From assembly GCA_964658305.1 (NCBI GenBank), contig OZ210884.1, forward strand, positions 5,890,001 through 5,954,000: a stretch of 64,000 nucleotides of DNA. Direction: 5' to 3'. The stretch is from Leptogorgia sarmentosa (taxonomy: Eukaryota). The position numbers were made by a program, and so were the translations under genes. Shown here piece after piece: positions 52,207 to 64,000 of the stretch; the stretch's first letter is position 1, and each line of letters begins with the position of its first letter. The notes under the pieces were generated by a model. It searched no databases and was not told the DNA's origin. It saw only the letters and a list, made by a program, of their open reading frames with translations.

Positions 52207-52594
52207 AGGGACTTTAAGATCTACAACGCGACCAACGCGACGACGCGCTTTCCGAACAAAGAAATTTTTATCCTGAACAAAAACCAGGCAGAAATTATGG
52301 TCCCCAAGGGCCATTCTCAACGGCGTTGTTGTTATCAACGCAACGTTAAACTAAGCATTTATTTATCACGTCTTTACTCTTTAAAGCAACGTGGAGGCTG
52401 ATTACAACGTGAGAGCTGTAACTTCAAGTTGACTACAGCAACGATCGCATCGCTTTAGCTGAACCTACAGTGTGTAACTGTTTCTTGAACAAAATTCCAA
52501 CATCTATTAAAGCGTAAAAAGGTCAGCACTCATTTTCAAGCCGAAAGTTAGACCCCGTCGTCGACTTGGTCACGTTATAGATCTTAAGGTCCCT
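52207..52594. mobile_element. Non-autonomous TIR element
   Basis: AGGGACTTTAAGATCTACAACGCGACCAA ... TTGGTCACGTTATAGATCTTAAGGTCCCT. Confidence 0.7.
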
Positions 52595-53214
52595 AATGTT
52601 CTCTGCGGGGGAACATCGGATCACAGAGTAAGCTCATACAAAGGTGTAACTGTCGTACCCACTTTTTTTGTGCGCATGCTCGGCAAGTTATTAGATCCGT
52701 GCATCTGATTGGATGACGACCTGATGACGACCAAATTTAAACTTGCCAAGCGTGCGCAGTTGATCATTTTTTGCCGATCGCATTGAAAAAAAAGTGGGTA
52801 CATGAAAATGTTACTTTTTATCAGACATAACAGTATTTTACAACAGAGCAGCCATGCACAACTCACTAAATCATGCAAGCTATCAATATTTTTAACTGCA
52901 AACAAGGGTTTTTCACAACAAGCAGTACTCAGTTCAAATTTATTGAAGTATTATTACTTACTAAAATTCCCTTTGTGTGGCTTTTACCGTCACAAAATAG
53001 GTATTAATCCCAACTATTTCCGCATAATCATACATATATTTTATATATAAAGCTAATACAATTGTCCCCCAAATAATTCTAAACTATCAAATAATCAAAT
53101 TTTATACCCCAAACTCCCGAGAGGTTTTAGTGATAAAAGTTAAAATAAGAATAAATGTTATGAAAATAAAGTTGGTGAAAAGTTGACAGTTATATATTCG
53201 CATGCCGCAACATG

Positions 53215-56200
53215 TCACTGGATAAATGGAATTCCAAAGAGAGCTTCCAAGGCATCGATCAGTTTCTTAAGTTGTTCCCAATCTTCACATCTGAACGTGT
53301 AAAGCCTGTCTTTGTTGCTCAACATACACACAAGGAAATCTATGTAAGATTTGTTCTCTTGACTCTTTCGGATTTCATTGACATGTCTACCAGGTACAAC
53401 GTTGCTCAGCTCTTGAAGATAAAATTGACAATAGGATAAAATAAGATTAAATTCAAAATTAGATTTTCAGAAGCCCCTATTATAAGTCTTATATATAGCC
53501 CACTCCCTGTGGGATGTTGATGCTATTCTGGAAGATACGATTGTGATCAGCAGGTTTTTAAAATATGATGGAATGAAAGAATAATAGAATCTCGAGAAAT
53601 TGAGTGCCGTAAGATGCGTATTATATCGTGACAATATAACGGTAACATTATATTTGTGAAAAAACAATAGAACAGTGTGATGAATTCACAGTGTGAACAG
53701 TATGTTCATTTTCCTGGGAAAGGTAAATTATTTAATGGTTGCGCACCAAGATTGTGAGCTGGACGCGATGGTCCTCATATTTATGAAAATAATTAATACG
53801 GTCATTTTGTCTAATTTTTTACATTGATTTTCTCAATAATATAATCAGTCAATAAGAATATTCAACTCTAAGGTTTATTATATCAAAAAAGGAAAAGGCT
53901 GAATTTTGATTGCGTTAATTCATGACGTGCTACTCTCCAAATTCCAACGATTGAAAATTCAATCTATATATATCCGTAAAAAACCACCTCTTTGGGACTG
54001 TTTTTACGGACCAAACTTTTTCTATTGAAAATCAATTCTAAGGGCGATTGAAAGGAAATCCGTCTAAAAGATTGACTTTTCAATCAAATTTTACTCGATT
54101 TTCGATTTAGCTAAAGAAGCTTATTTTTGGTCTGCTATTGCCGAACACGCGAAGTTTATCGAGCAATATGATTGGCTTAGAATTTTAAATCTTTATGAAA
54201 ATTGAAATCATTCTCAGTCGTCTTTATCCACTGACATACTTTCAATCGAATTGCACACTGAAACAGTATTTTTCACTCTTAAATTCAATCAATTAGACTA
54301 GTCTATTTTTCAAACTGTTGAAAGATTGAAATTTTCAATTTTTTGAATTAAAAGAGTATAGTGAAATTTGTACGATACTGATACGCTATCAAACAAAAAA
54401 CTCTGCAGCACTTCCGAAAAGAGATCTTTAGAATCTCAAAGCTAGTGTTCAGAGAATGCATGAGCAAACATTCTCATTACGAATATAGTATATGGATTTG
54501 TACGATTGATAGTTTGTGGGTGAAAAATTCAAACATGATTAAAGTGAAGAAATACCTTTCAGGAAAATCTTTCTCATCTTGGGGAATCCAAACGACTCAT
54601 ATGTAAAACAAAATACTGTTTCTTCAGAATCTAACCACAAAATACCTTTCAACATTGCAGTGGAACCTAAATACAGAATTCAGAGCTAAATTCAAAGGAT
54701 GAATATTTACTCAAACATCTGTTTTCAAACACCGTTTCATTATTTTATTTTGCAGTTTTGTAATCTATTTGTTTTATGTATAATATTATAATTGCATTTT
54801 TTTTCTCTCTTACTTGAACTTGACAACATTCTGACGTGTAAGCCTTGCTTCAGGGACTCTACCAAGCGTTCTTGTGACCTGGATCTCACAGTCTGGAGGC
54901 TAAATGTAGAAAATGCTGATTGATACTTCATTGCTGCTGTTGTCATTATTATAGATCCACAAATCTTGCCACGAGTCTCGTCACGCATCTGCAAATGTCT
55001 TCCCGGGACGTAGAAAATATCCATTGTTTTCACCAATGTTTTCCACATATGTATTCCCCACAGTGGTGATAAGTTAGTCTCATCGCAGCATAGAAATGTT
55101 ATTGTGCCTTCGTAACATACCTGTTCAAAGATACAATTACAAATAAACATGGCGAGCAAGTCAATCAAAAAATCCTTAGACCGGGAAAATCAGTTTGGAG
55201 AAGTATTTAGCCCTGAAGAGAGCCACATTACGACATTTTTCAACCATATTTTCTAGTTTCACTACTTTTGCAAGGTTCTTTTAGGATTTCCGACTTGTCT
55301 CGATGAAAAATGAGTCTATAACGTTCATTGTAAATTCTTACTAGCATGCAGTGTTTCAATTTTGGTGAACCACGTAAGTTAGTTTAAAAAGGTAATCGTC
55401 TTGGGAATAACTTGCTTTTCACTTGGTTAGGGTTAGGATTTGATATTTACATACATACTGGACAGCCAGAACCCTATGTTACCCCTAACCATAACCCACA
55501 ACGTCCTGAAGGAGATGGGTTAATATCATGCTAAATGCAAATGAGTTGAAATCATGCTAAAATTGCAGGATTAAACACATCTATAAAAGCTAAAAACTTC
55601 AACTTTTTAAGGGGACGACTTCCAGACCCCCAAACAGTTCACTTGTATGTACTTAATTCATTAAGTTAGATGGGTTCAAGGCTGACTAACACCTGGTATA
55701 AGACCAGAAAGTATTTTCCGTTCTCTATTTTATCATATAAAGATAATAAACAGCAAAAACCTGCTTGGTGTACGCATGTACTATAAACTTTCGTCCCCTT
55801 ATTTTAGATTTCAAAATGCGAAAGTAAAGTAATTTAACATACCGTAGAAGGTTGCCATTCAGTATATGCCTTAGCAGCGGATCTAAGCTCATACAAAACA
55901 CTGTCCACACCTTCTTGCAAAGGAAAGTCTATGTTCGTCTGCGCAGCTTGATTTTCCAAAGCACTTATAACTTTTTCTCTGTCTCCGAACTTATCGTACA
56001 TATTATCCAACTCATTTCGCGTCGTACCGAGTGCAACAAAAGCCATTCTCCCGATATATCGCCTTGTCTGCAAAAAAAATCAGAACGACAAATTGTTTAT
56101 AATTAGATAATTCTAATGATTCCGGAGGAGGCAAGGTTTGCATACATTAAAATCAGTATGCCCAAAAATTGGTTGCAATATATATGTGATTTGATCCGGG

Positions 56201-59200
56201 CTTTATTCATGATTCGAATAGTTATTTACCACATGGTTCTCCAGGGTCTGCATGTTCAGCTGTATGCATTTTGTGATGTATTCACTGCAGTTAGCCAAAG
56301 ATTTAGCAAACCACGCGTACGCATCTACCATGGACACCATTGCGACTGCTTCATTTTTTCGCGTTAGTTCACTTGCCATTTCATACGCTACGAATCCACC
56401 GAAAGAATACCCCGCTACAATACGAAGTAATCAAAATTATGTCGGGAGGACTGAGAAAATATTGGAACATTTTTTCAAAGATGATCTCGAGATCAATACA
56501 CATGTCTTCACCATTGATGGAAAATTCATTATTAATGTATTTTCGGTATGCTACTGTCTACTATATATATGAAAATTTTTTGTTTTGGTGTTCAACCCAT
56601 TAGTTGAAATTTTATTGCAGATGTTTTGTTGCTAAGGACTGGTTGCATGCAAACTTTACTATAACATATGAACAAAAATATTTTGGCCTTACCAAGATAA
56701 TATGGACCACGTGGCTGGATTTTCTGTATCAGATTTACATATCTTTGAGCGAGTGTCAAAACTGTACCATAATCACTTGTCACCAAAAAGGTATCATCCA
56801 CCCCAATGCCATACAATGCAACCTTAGTCTGAAGCAAAATGCGACACAAACGCCTTTACATTTTGGAAATCACAAATCACACGAGGGCTAAGTTGTCTGT
56901 TCTTAGGCGAGAAGGCCTCACGTGGATGCGTCCGAATTATTTTAACGAATATATAATTACCTGTTGTTGAAAACCAAGTGCATATGTTCCCAATACCAGC
57001 GCTGACTTCTGGCTGCCATGAACCATAAACACTTTTACAACTGCGTCATCTGGAGCATAGAGAGGAATGACTTTTTCCTTGATCGATTCAATGCCTTGAA
57101 GCTCCAAACCATTGTCGTTTTTGGCATTTTCCACTTCTTTATTGGCATCAGAATTATTTTTGAATTGGTTATCATCTAGCGCAAAGGTTTCCCCTTCACT
57201 TTCTAACGTAGAACTTTCCCCTTGCTTTTCTGACAAGAGGCTACTCTCTTGCATATTATTTTCATTTTCATCGTCGGTATCATCTGTTGCAGTTGTGTTT
57301 TCAATTTGTTCAATGATGTCATTAATGATAGCCAAACCATTCGTCTTTGGTTGAATAAAGTAGTATGTCTATAAATGATGTTAACGTTTACGTGAGAACA
57401 ATGTACCAATGGCTGTAATGCAATCCCAGTACATTGTTTGTAATGCACTGCCATATGAATACCACATAAAAAAGGTATGTTAACCGTTAGCGCGGTGTGT
57501 TAGTAGGTACACAGGCGAGTGACTTAGTTGTTTCAGATAACTATTCCGAACAAATTTAAAATATAATAAAATTAATTGTAACATTTGTACTTCAACAGTA
57601 TCGTGAATTTAATGAATAGATGTTTTTGTCATTTGGATCTGCTGCACATATAACTTTATTAACTTTAAGAATTCATTTTTGTTTTTGAAACACTTTTAAA
57701 GCAGGATTGAGGTAAAGGACCATATTTAAACATGCTTACTTCAAATCTAGCACCAATGTTATTCTGTAATTGAAGTTTCATATTCGTTGCGGCAATTGAA
57801 TCAATTCCATATTTGTGCAATCCAACGTTTAAGTCGAGCTCAGCGGCATCAGCTCCTGACCACGAAGACAGCAAACGTTTGACAAACTCCTCAACATAAT
57901 TCACTCTGAATTCGAGTGGCTGTAGGGCTAGCTCCTTCAAAGTCATGACTTTGTTATTCTCACCAGTGGACAACATTGTTTCTTCCCGTATAGGCTGCAG
58001 TCTTGGAGAAGTATGAGTTTGAAGATAAACTTGCCAATTTATTGGAGCTAAGGAAACTTGAGGTTCGTTCGAATGCTCGAGAAGGACGCGAGTCAAGAAT
58101 TCAATTGCTATAACAAAAAATGACTAATAATTAATAATTAAAATAAAAGATGATCTCATATGCAGAAAAGGAAAATTCGGTAAAAAAGAGATTCATTCCG
58201 TGAAAGACGTCATTAACCTCTTAATATATATACTCATTCTTGACTCGTAGTACAACATAATGATAAAGCATGGAATAATAAATTACTTTAGCATATTTTT
58301 GGATATATTTTTGGTCCGGAGTAATAAAAAGTTAAAAAGCGACTATTTGTTTATTTGCCTCACATGCCTGTTGTAAAGTGTAGAGAATAGAACCCTCCTG
58401 ATTCAAGTATTGACGTGATATCTGTGTTTCTTTCAAGCACACCAGCACCACTAATTGGTCCCCAGTTGACAGAAAGTCCGGGCAGGCCAAGTTTGTATAG
58501 ACGATATTCACAAAGTTGGTCCATGAATGAGTTGGCTGCAGAGTAGGCGACTTGACCAGCATTGCCAAGAACACCAGATATTGAAGAAAACATAATGAAG
58601 AAATCCAAATCCATTGAAAGACTGAGTTGATGTAGGATAACACTACCTAAAAGGAAAATTTAAAGGAATGAATTTATGAGATAATCTGCAACAATTGTAA
58701 TGTTAAAAAACTCATTATCTATTGTCCCAAGAGTGTATGTAAAAAAGGCAGTGGGGCGTAAGTCCGTTACAGATTTATGAAACTCATGTTGAAATTTGTT
58801 CTAAGTCGCTATACGAAAAGCACCAAACGTTTAGAATCATTTTTTTTCTTTATATAATCATGGGGCTAATCATTTGTAGCCAGTCAGTGGCGTAGGAAGA
58901 TCGATAATAGGGGGGGGGCTTATATTCATATATTGGTGTTCACAGACCATAAAAACAATGAATTTCAACAGAAACCAATGATGCAGCACACGAATATATG
59001 AATATCAGCTCCCCCCTCATTATTTCAATATTCCTATACGCCACTGAATACATAGAAGTTATACAGAAAGGTTCTGCGTTTGGAATTGAAAATTCACCTT
59101 TTACTTTTGTCTGGACAACTTTTTTACATGTTTCTAAGTCGGCGTTGATGAGCAACTGATCTGCCAGAACCATAGCGGTGAAAACAATTCCACCCACAGC

Positions 59201-62200
59201 AGGCAAGCTCTCAAGTTCATCCTTTATTACATTCATGTCTTTCCACGATGTAACATCTGCTTGTCTCAGTAGAATCTGGGATCCAGTCTCTTGCTCTAAG
59301 CGCTGAACCTCGACTTTCTTTTCCTCGCTGGGCGGTGATCGGGCTGTACATACGACTGTTTTGGCACCATTTTCAACCATCCATTTGGCAACTTCAAAAC
59401 CAAAACCACGAACACCTCCAATGACAAGATACGTGCGATCATTTTTCAAACCGTTTGCATCGAATGGTAAACTGTAGAAAGCCACTTTTTCGGGAGTATT
59501 GTCTGGTTTGAATGAAACTGTGGACAAACCGATTTCTGCTTTTTCACTTTCTGATGGTTGGTTGTTGTATCCATTGTTCATGACGTCATATATACTCGAT
59601 ACTCTCAGAGGAATGTTCAGCAGTTTTTCCAGAAGACCTTTTGATTTCAAATGAAAATAACACGAACTGAACAATTTTTCGAAGTTCTCGGAGCCTTCTG
59701 TGATGTTTGGCAAGTTGGTCACAACACACCGGATGTTTTTGCCCTGAGCAAACGGGTTAAAGTGGAGATTTTTATCTTCATGGAGAATAATTACGCTGCC
59801 GTCTGGTTTAAGATGATTAACTATTTGACGGTAGACATATTCACTGCAGTCGCTCAAGAGGCAAACAGCATCGAATTGCGCTAAATTGGCAGCATTCACT
59901 TCTGCTCTTGCTATTTCCTCCACAGTTACGACAAGTAGGTTATACATTTTCCTCAGTCGCTCTTTACTGGCCCGATCGTTAGTGAGACAGACGATTTTTA
60001 CATCCAAAGACAATGCGACACATGCAAAAAGGGATGATATTTCTTCTCTTTCATGATAGATGAGGACATTCTTTTCTGGCGCATCTTCAACGAGATTCGT
60101 GAGAATATAATAGGACATTTGCAAAGGAAAGCCAAGAACAACTGCCTGTTGAGGATTGGTGTTAGCTTCTAAATTTGTTATGGAAGATTTTTCTCCATCA
60201 ACGTAACTTCCCAAGTCATCCGTTTTACAAACGCCGAGTACGAAACGATTTTCTGGTTCATTCTGACTGTCCAAAAACTTTCCTACAAAGGTGATGCGAT
60301 CATTCTTTTTGAGGTCACACCAGGGTTTCTGGAGAACTGGGCAAGCGAAGTGGACGTCAATTTTCGTTCTTCCGTTTATTTGTTTTTTGGATGTTTTCTG
60401 CAGGAAAAGCTGGTCTGACATGCTTGTCACCTTAAAAGGCCTTTGTGCTCCTTCTTTTGTCAGAGGAGACTCTTCTTTCGTAATTATTTGTTTTGCACCC
60501 GAAGTCAACTTGTTGAATCGATTTACATATCGTAAGCCATCTCTATAGACAATTTCTTCTTCCATTGTCCCTTTTCGTACGTCTTCTTCCAAATATCGAA
60601 AATCATCGTCGCTGGGATTGTAAGGTAAATCCACCACAGAAGCGTTAATTGCTGTGATTTCCTCCGAGAAAGTTCTCCTGAATCCAAGCACAGAAGCAGA
60701 CCATGGAAAAGCATCTAAATTATCCGTGTTGGGATAGCGGTTGGGTTGAGGAATGGTAACAACTCCTGAGGTGACAAAGACTAGTTGGATATTTTCTGCC
60801 TCTCTTTTCGCAATTTCTTGCGAAATTAAAAGACAACTTTCAAATGCAAGGGCATGAGTTGCATCAAAGTTTTGGGTTCCAATATCAAAGGTACTGCCAT
60901 CTACTGGCCAGAAATTCATCACCAGTAACTTTTCTTCGTTTTCAATTCTTGCCAGGGCAACATCGAGTGCTTCAGAAAATGTTTCACGTGTGTTTCTTGA
61001 CGAATCTTCTCTATCAACAAAAATCACATTCTCATGAGCAGCAATACACTGTGAGAAACGTTCAGCATACTTGCTTTTATCCCTGAGAATCAGCCAAAAT
61101 ATATTATCCTGACTCGATGATGCAATTTCAGACGTTAATTGTTGCCAATCAAAAGAAAACGATGTGTTCTCAAAGATCGTTCTGGTTTTCTCTGATGAGA
61201 TTTCCGCGATTCGAAGTTCTTTTATGATGACTACTGGTCTAGCATAACGGTCCATCAGGGTAATATTGTAGCTTGATGTTTTCTGTGATTCTATCATCTT
61301 TGTGTGAGCGTAAAACTTTTCCGTTGCTATAGGCTTTTGCAGGAGAGTGACTTGTGCAATCTTCTGTGGCACAGATGAACCAGCCGAATCGTCAAGCAAA
61401 ATAATTGTTTGAAAACATGCATCGATCAACGAGGGATGAATAAAATAAGCTGATGCTTCTTTGGTCATCTCTTCAGTTGGGCATATCTGAGCGAGAGCTT
61501 CTGTGTCATTGGACCAACCTTCGGTTATCAAATTAAACTGGGGACCGAAATCGAAAATAGATTCTTCGCGTTTCTTTTCCAAATACTCTTCTGACCATTT
61601 ACTCATTGCAGATTTTAAAATTTCAAAATGCTCTTCATTATTTTCTTGGATTGCTTCTACACAAAAATTCAAACAAAACTAAAATTGAGTTTGTTTTTCG
61701 TTTTGATGTAATAATATATTAATAATATATGATGTGCAGAAATACCAGCTCTAACATTTTAACCTTAAGTTTGATTTCATTTTTATGGGGTTTTTTAACT
61801 TTTTTTTTTTATTCTTGTTGTTACGTAATGCTATTATATGGCAAGTATTCGTTTTAGCGAATGGCGCAATCTGATTGGCTGGTGTCCGGGCAGGATTTTC
61901 TCGTATTCCAAAAGGGCAATACGCAATTTTTATTTCCCTGTCAGGAAAACAATGACAAAAATTGAAATTTCGATGAAATTTTATTTATTAAAGTAGCAAC
62001 GTGTTAAAATGAGCGACGAGGAGCATTTTGAAAGAGAGTTTTATTACCCAGAGGTTGAAAATGAAGGAAACGAAACTGTATGCCAGTTTTTGTAAGTTTT
62101 CGTTTTTAACGAAGAACAATATGATAATAAATGGTTATTGACTGAGCGTGAGGTCTGTACTGTGAAATATCAGACCGAGATTTTCAGTATGGACCGAGAG

Positions 62201-64000
62201 AGGAAGGAGCGAGGTCAATGCAAAAAAACTGAGGTCTGATATTTCACAGTACCGACCGAACAAGCGAGTTCAATAAACTGTTTATTATATGCCTGAATTG
62301 GGTATTTGAGCATATGCTTTTCGCGCGAATTAAATCGGCTATCGTCAGTTTCACTGAATAACAGTATACGGTAGACATACATGCTCAATCAAAAATTAAT
62401 TTTGTTGTTTGAGATTTTTTTCTGTAAATTTTAAATTGGAAAATTAAAAACAAAAATCTTTTCTATTTGCAAAGCGAAATTTCCAGCCAGATAAACGACA
62501 TCCGGGACACCGGTCCAGACACGGAAAATACGGACCACGGTCCGGATATTGATTTTTACCGACCGCTTGTCAACCAATCAGAATAGAGAATTTCGAAAAG
62601 CCATATAATAATTGGGTATATTCGTGCATGTTGTCTGGCTCAATTCGAAACGCAGATATGCCATATGATAAATAACGACTTCGACTGTTTAAGCTGTATC
62701 GAAAAATATCAAACCTCGGTCTTGCTGCTATTGCTCGATCAATACAGCAAGACCTCAGTTTAATCACATTGTCTCATATTGGTTAGCAAAAGAGTAGGTA
62801 ATTATTTCTGATGATCACTTTTTGGAAATAGTGGTTTTTTCGAACAGCTAATTTCTATTCTTACAAGCCGGGTGGGTCAAAACTTGTCATTGACCTTTAC
62901 GTATATTGTGGTTTAATACGGTCTAAAACAACAAGTGATAATAGCAACTCGCAAGAGCCTGTCTTAAACAATTTGTGTTGCCGTACCTTGCTTTCCATAG
63001 CGATGACTATTATTCCAGTTTACATAGCCTTCGGAGAGGATCACTTCCTGTCCATTGTCTTGAACAATGGTAATTTGAAAATATTTTTCTTCACCAGGAT
63101 ATTCTGCCGGCAAAACACGTGTTCTAATTTTATGGGACTCGTTACTAGATAGAGTTAACACATTGGTAAAGGCGACATTGTACGCATCTGGAGGAGTGTT
63201 AGGAAATAAATCCAATGCCATTGCCAATATTATCTCTACGTAAACTGCCGCTGGAATCACAGGATCAGGAATTGCGGAAATTTTGTGATCATGTATGTAG
63301 AAATGATCGTTCAAGTTGATTTCACCCTCCCAAGCACGTAAACCAGAGGATGTTTCGGTCGGGACAGTTTTTCCAAGAAGAGGATGAAAAGAGAGAATAC
63401 GCTCATTTTCTTCTAACCCAGGTTCATTCAAAAACGTGACAAATTGAGACGGCTGCTCATCACGGTACCAAAACTCTGTTTCTTGCCATGGGTATGTTGG
63501 ACGTGGAAAGAATGTTTTCGAACCTAAACCCTGCACTTTGTTCCAGGATATGGGCACACCATGGGTATAGAGATGAGCAACACAATTTTGAAGAAAAGAC
63601 AAGTGCTGATGACTTGCTGTCCGTTTCGGAATAGTTTGAATCACAAAAACCTCATTCGTACGCAAGGACTTTGCTGTTTGACTGCGGAACCACGTCTGGC
63701 GAACATGGTATGAAAGTTGAGGGGCAGCGTTGATTTCAATGAAAAATTGGTAGCCATCAGCAAACATGGTTTTTAAGGCATTCTCAAACAAAACAGGTTG
63801 TCGGATATTTTGCCACCAATGCACCAAGGAGAGAAGCTGACCAGACAACTGGGTGCCTGTTACTGTTGAGTAAAATGGTATATTACTTGGTGTTTGACGT
63901 ACGTGAAATTCACTGGTGGTTTTGTCGAATGGTTCTTTGATTTCTTCCATCTCTAGGCTATGATAGGCTCGTATTGTGGAAAGTTTTTTCCAGAAAACAT
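53215..64000 (-). CDS. Type I polyketide synthase, 3' part (AT-DH-psiKR-psiER-KR-ACP-TE-PH-like; KS lies beyond the window). Exons >64000-62987, 61656-59098, 58646-58368, 58107-57740, 57368-56961, 56828-56693, 56414-56230, 56067-55843, 55120-54814, 54666-54556, 53411-53215
   Basis: AT: RAYHS, IPFYSTVTG, WWQNIRQPVLF. DH: HPLLG, DH...VIPAA, HPSLIDACFQ. KR: GGVRGFG, VLAD, YSAAN. ACP: GIDSI. TE: GPYYLAGYSFGG, MVDAY, VPGRH. Exon phases are all consistent (~5,790 nt in the window). Confidence 0.92.
58885..59046. mobile_element. hAT-like MITE in a PKS intron
   Basis: CAGTGGCGTAGGAAGATCGATAATAGGGGGG ... CCCCCCTCATTATTTCAATATTCCTATACGCCACTG; no clear TSD. Confidence 0.65.
61832..62610. mobile_element. 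Palindromic non-autonomous DNA element in a PKS intron
   Basis: Ends TATTATATGGC...CTGATTGG / CCAATCAG...GCCATATAATA, with an internal inverted pair GTACTGTGAAATATCAGACC / GGTCTGATATTTCACAGTAC. Confidence 0.55.

Noticed and set aside
53215..64000. PKS as bacterial contamination or as the housekeeping fatty acid synthase
   Set aside because: Ten spliceosomal introns containing host MITEs show it is a host gene. The degenerate ER and absent psiMT argue against canonical FAS.

Overview
AT-rich, intron-containing animal genomic DNA, not prokaryotic. An anthozoan cnidarian such as an octocoral is my best guess from gene and repeat style, but this is unproven. Most short ORFs in the track are spurious; the real genes are spliced and I reconstructed them by hand from GT/AG sites and codon phase. 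Left to right: (1) two tandem minus-strand genes for a secreted PAN/Apple protein with a triple-repeat beta-trefoil-like domain, the leftmost running off the window, plus a third inverted paralog at 31.8-34.8 kb; (2) a tandem pair of uncharacterised multi-pass membrane protein genes; (3) an RS-rich SCAF1-like gene with a C-terminal SRI-like domain; (4) a small DUF1772/anthrone-oxygenase-like membrane protein gene; (5) a RING-PHD-SRI PHRF1-like gene; (6) RNA polymerase I subunit RPA43; (7) the 3' ~1,930 codons of an animal type I polyketide synthase (AT-DH-psiKR-psiER-KR-ACP-TE). The most notable observation is that this PKS continues past its thioesterase into an extra ~115-aa domain with a pleckstrin-homology-like pattern. 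It also lacks a methyltransferase and has a degenerate enoylreductase, which suggests a possibly membrane-targeted polyene synthase. Introns and intergenic DNA carry many non-autonomous DNA transposons (CACTA/EnSpm, hAT, Tc1/mariner, Harbinger-like) and Penelope remnants with hammerhead-like motifs. All domain calls come from motif recognition by eye; no database searches were run.
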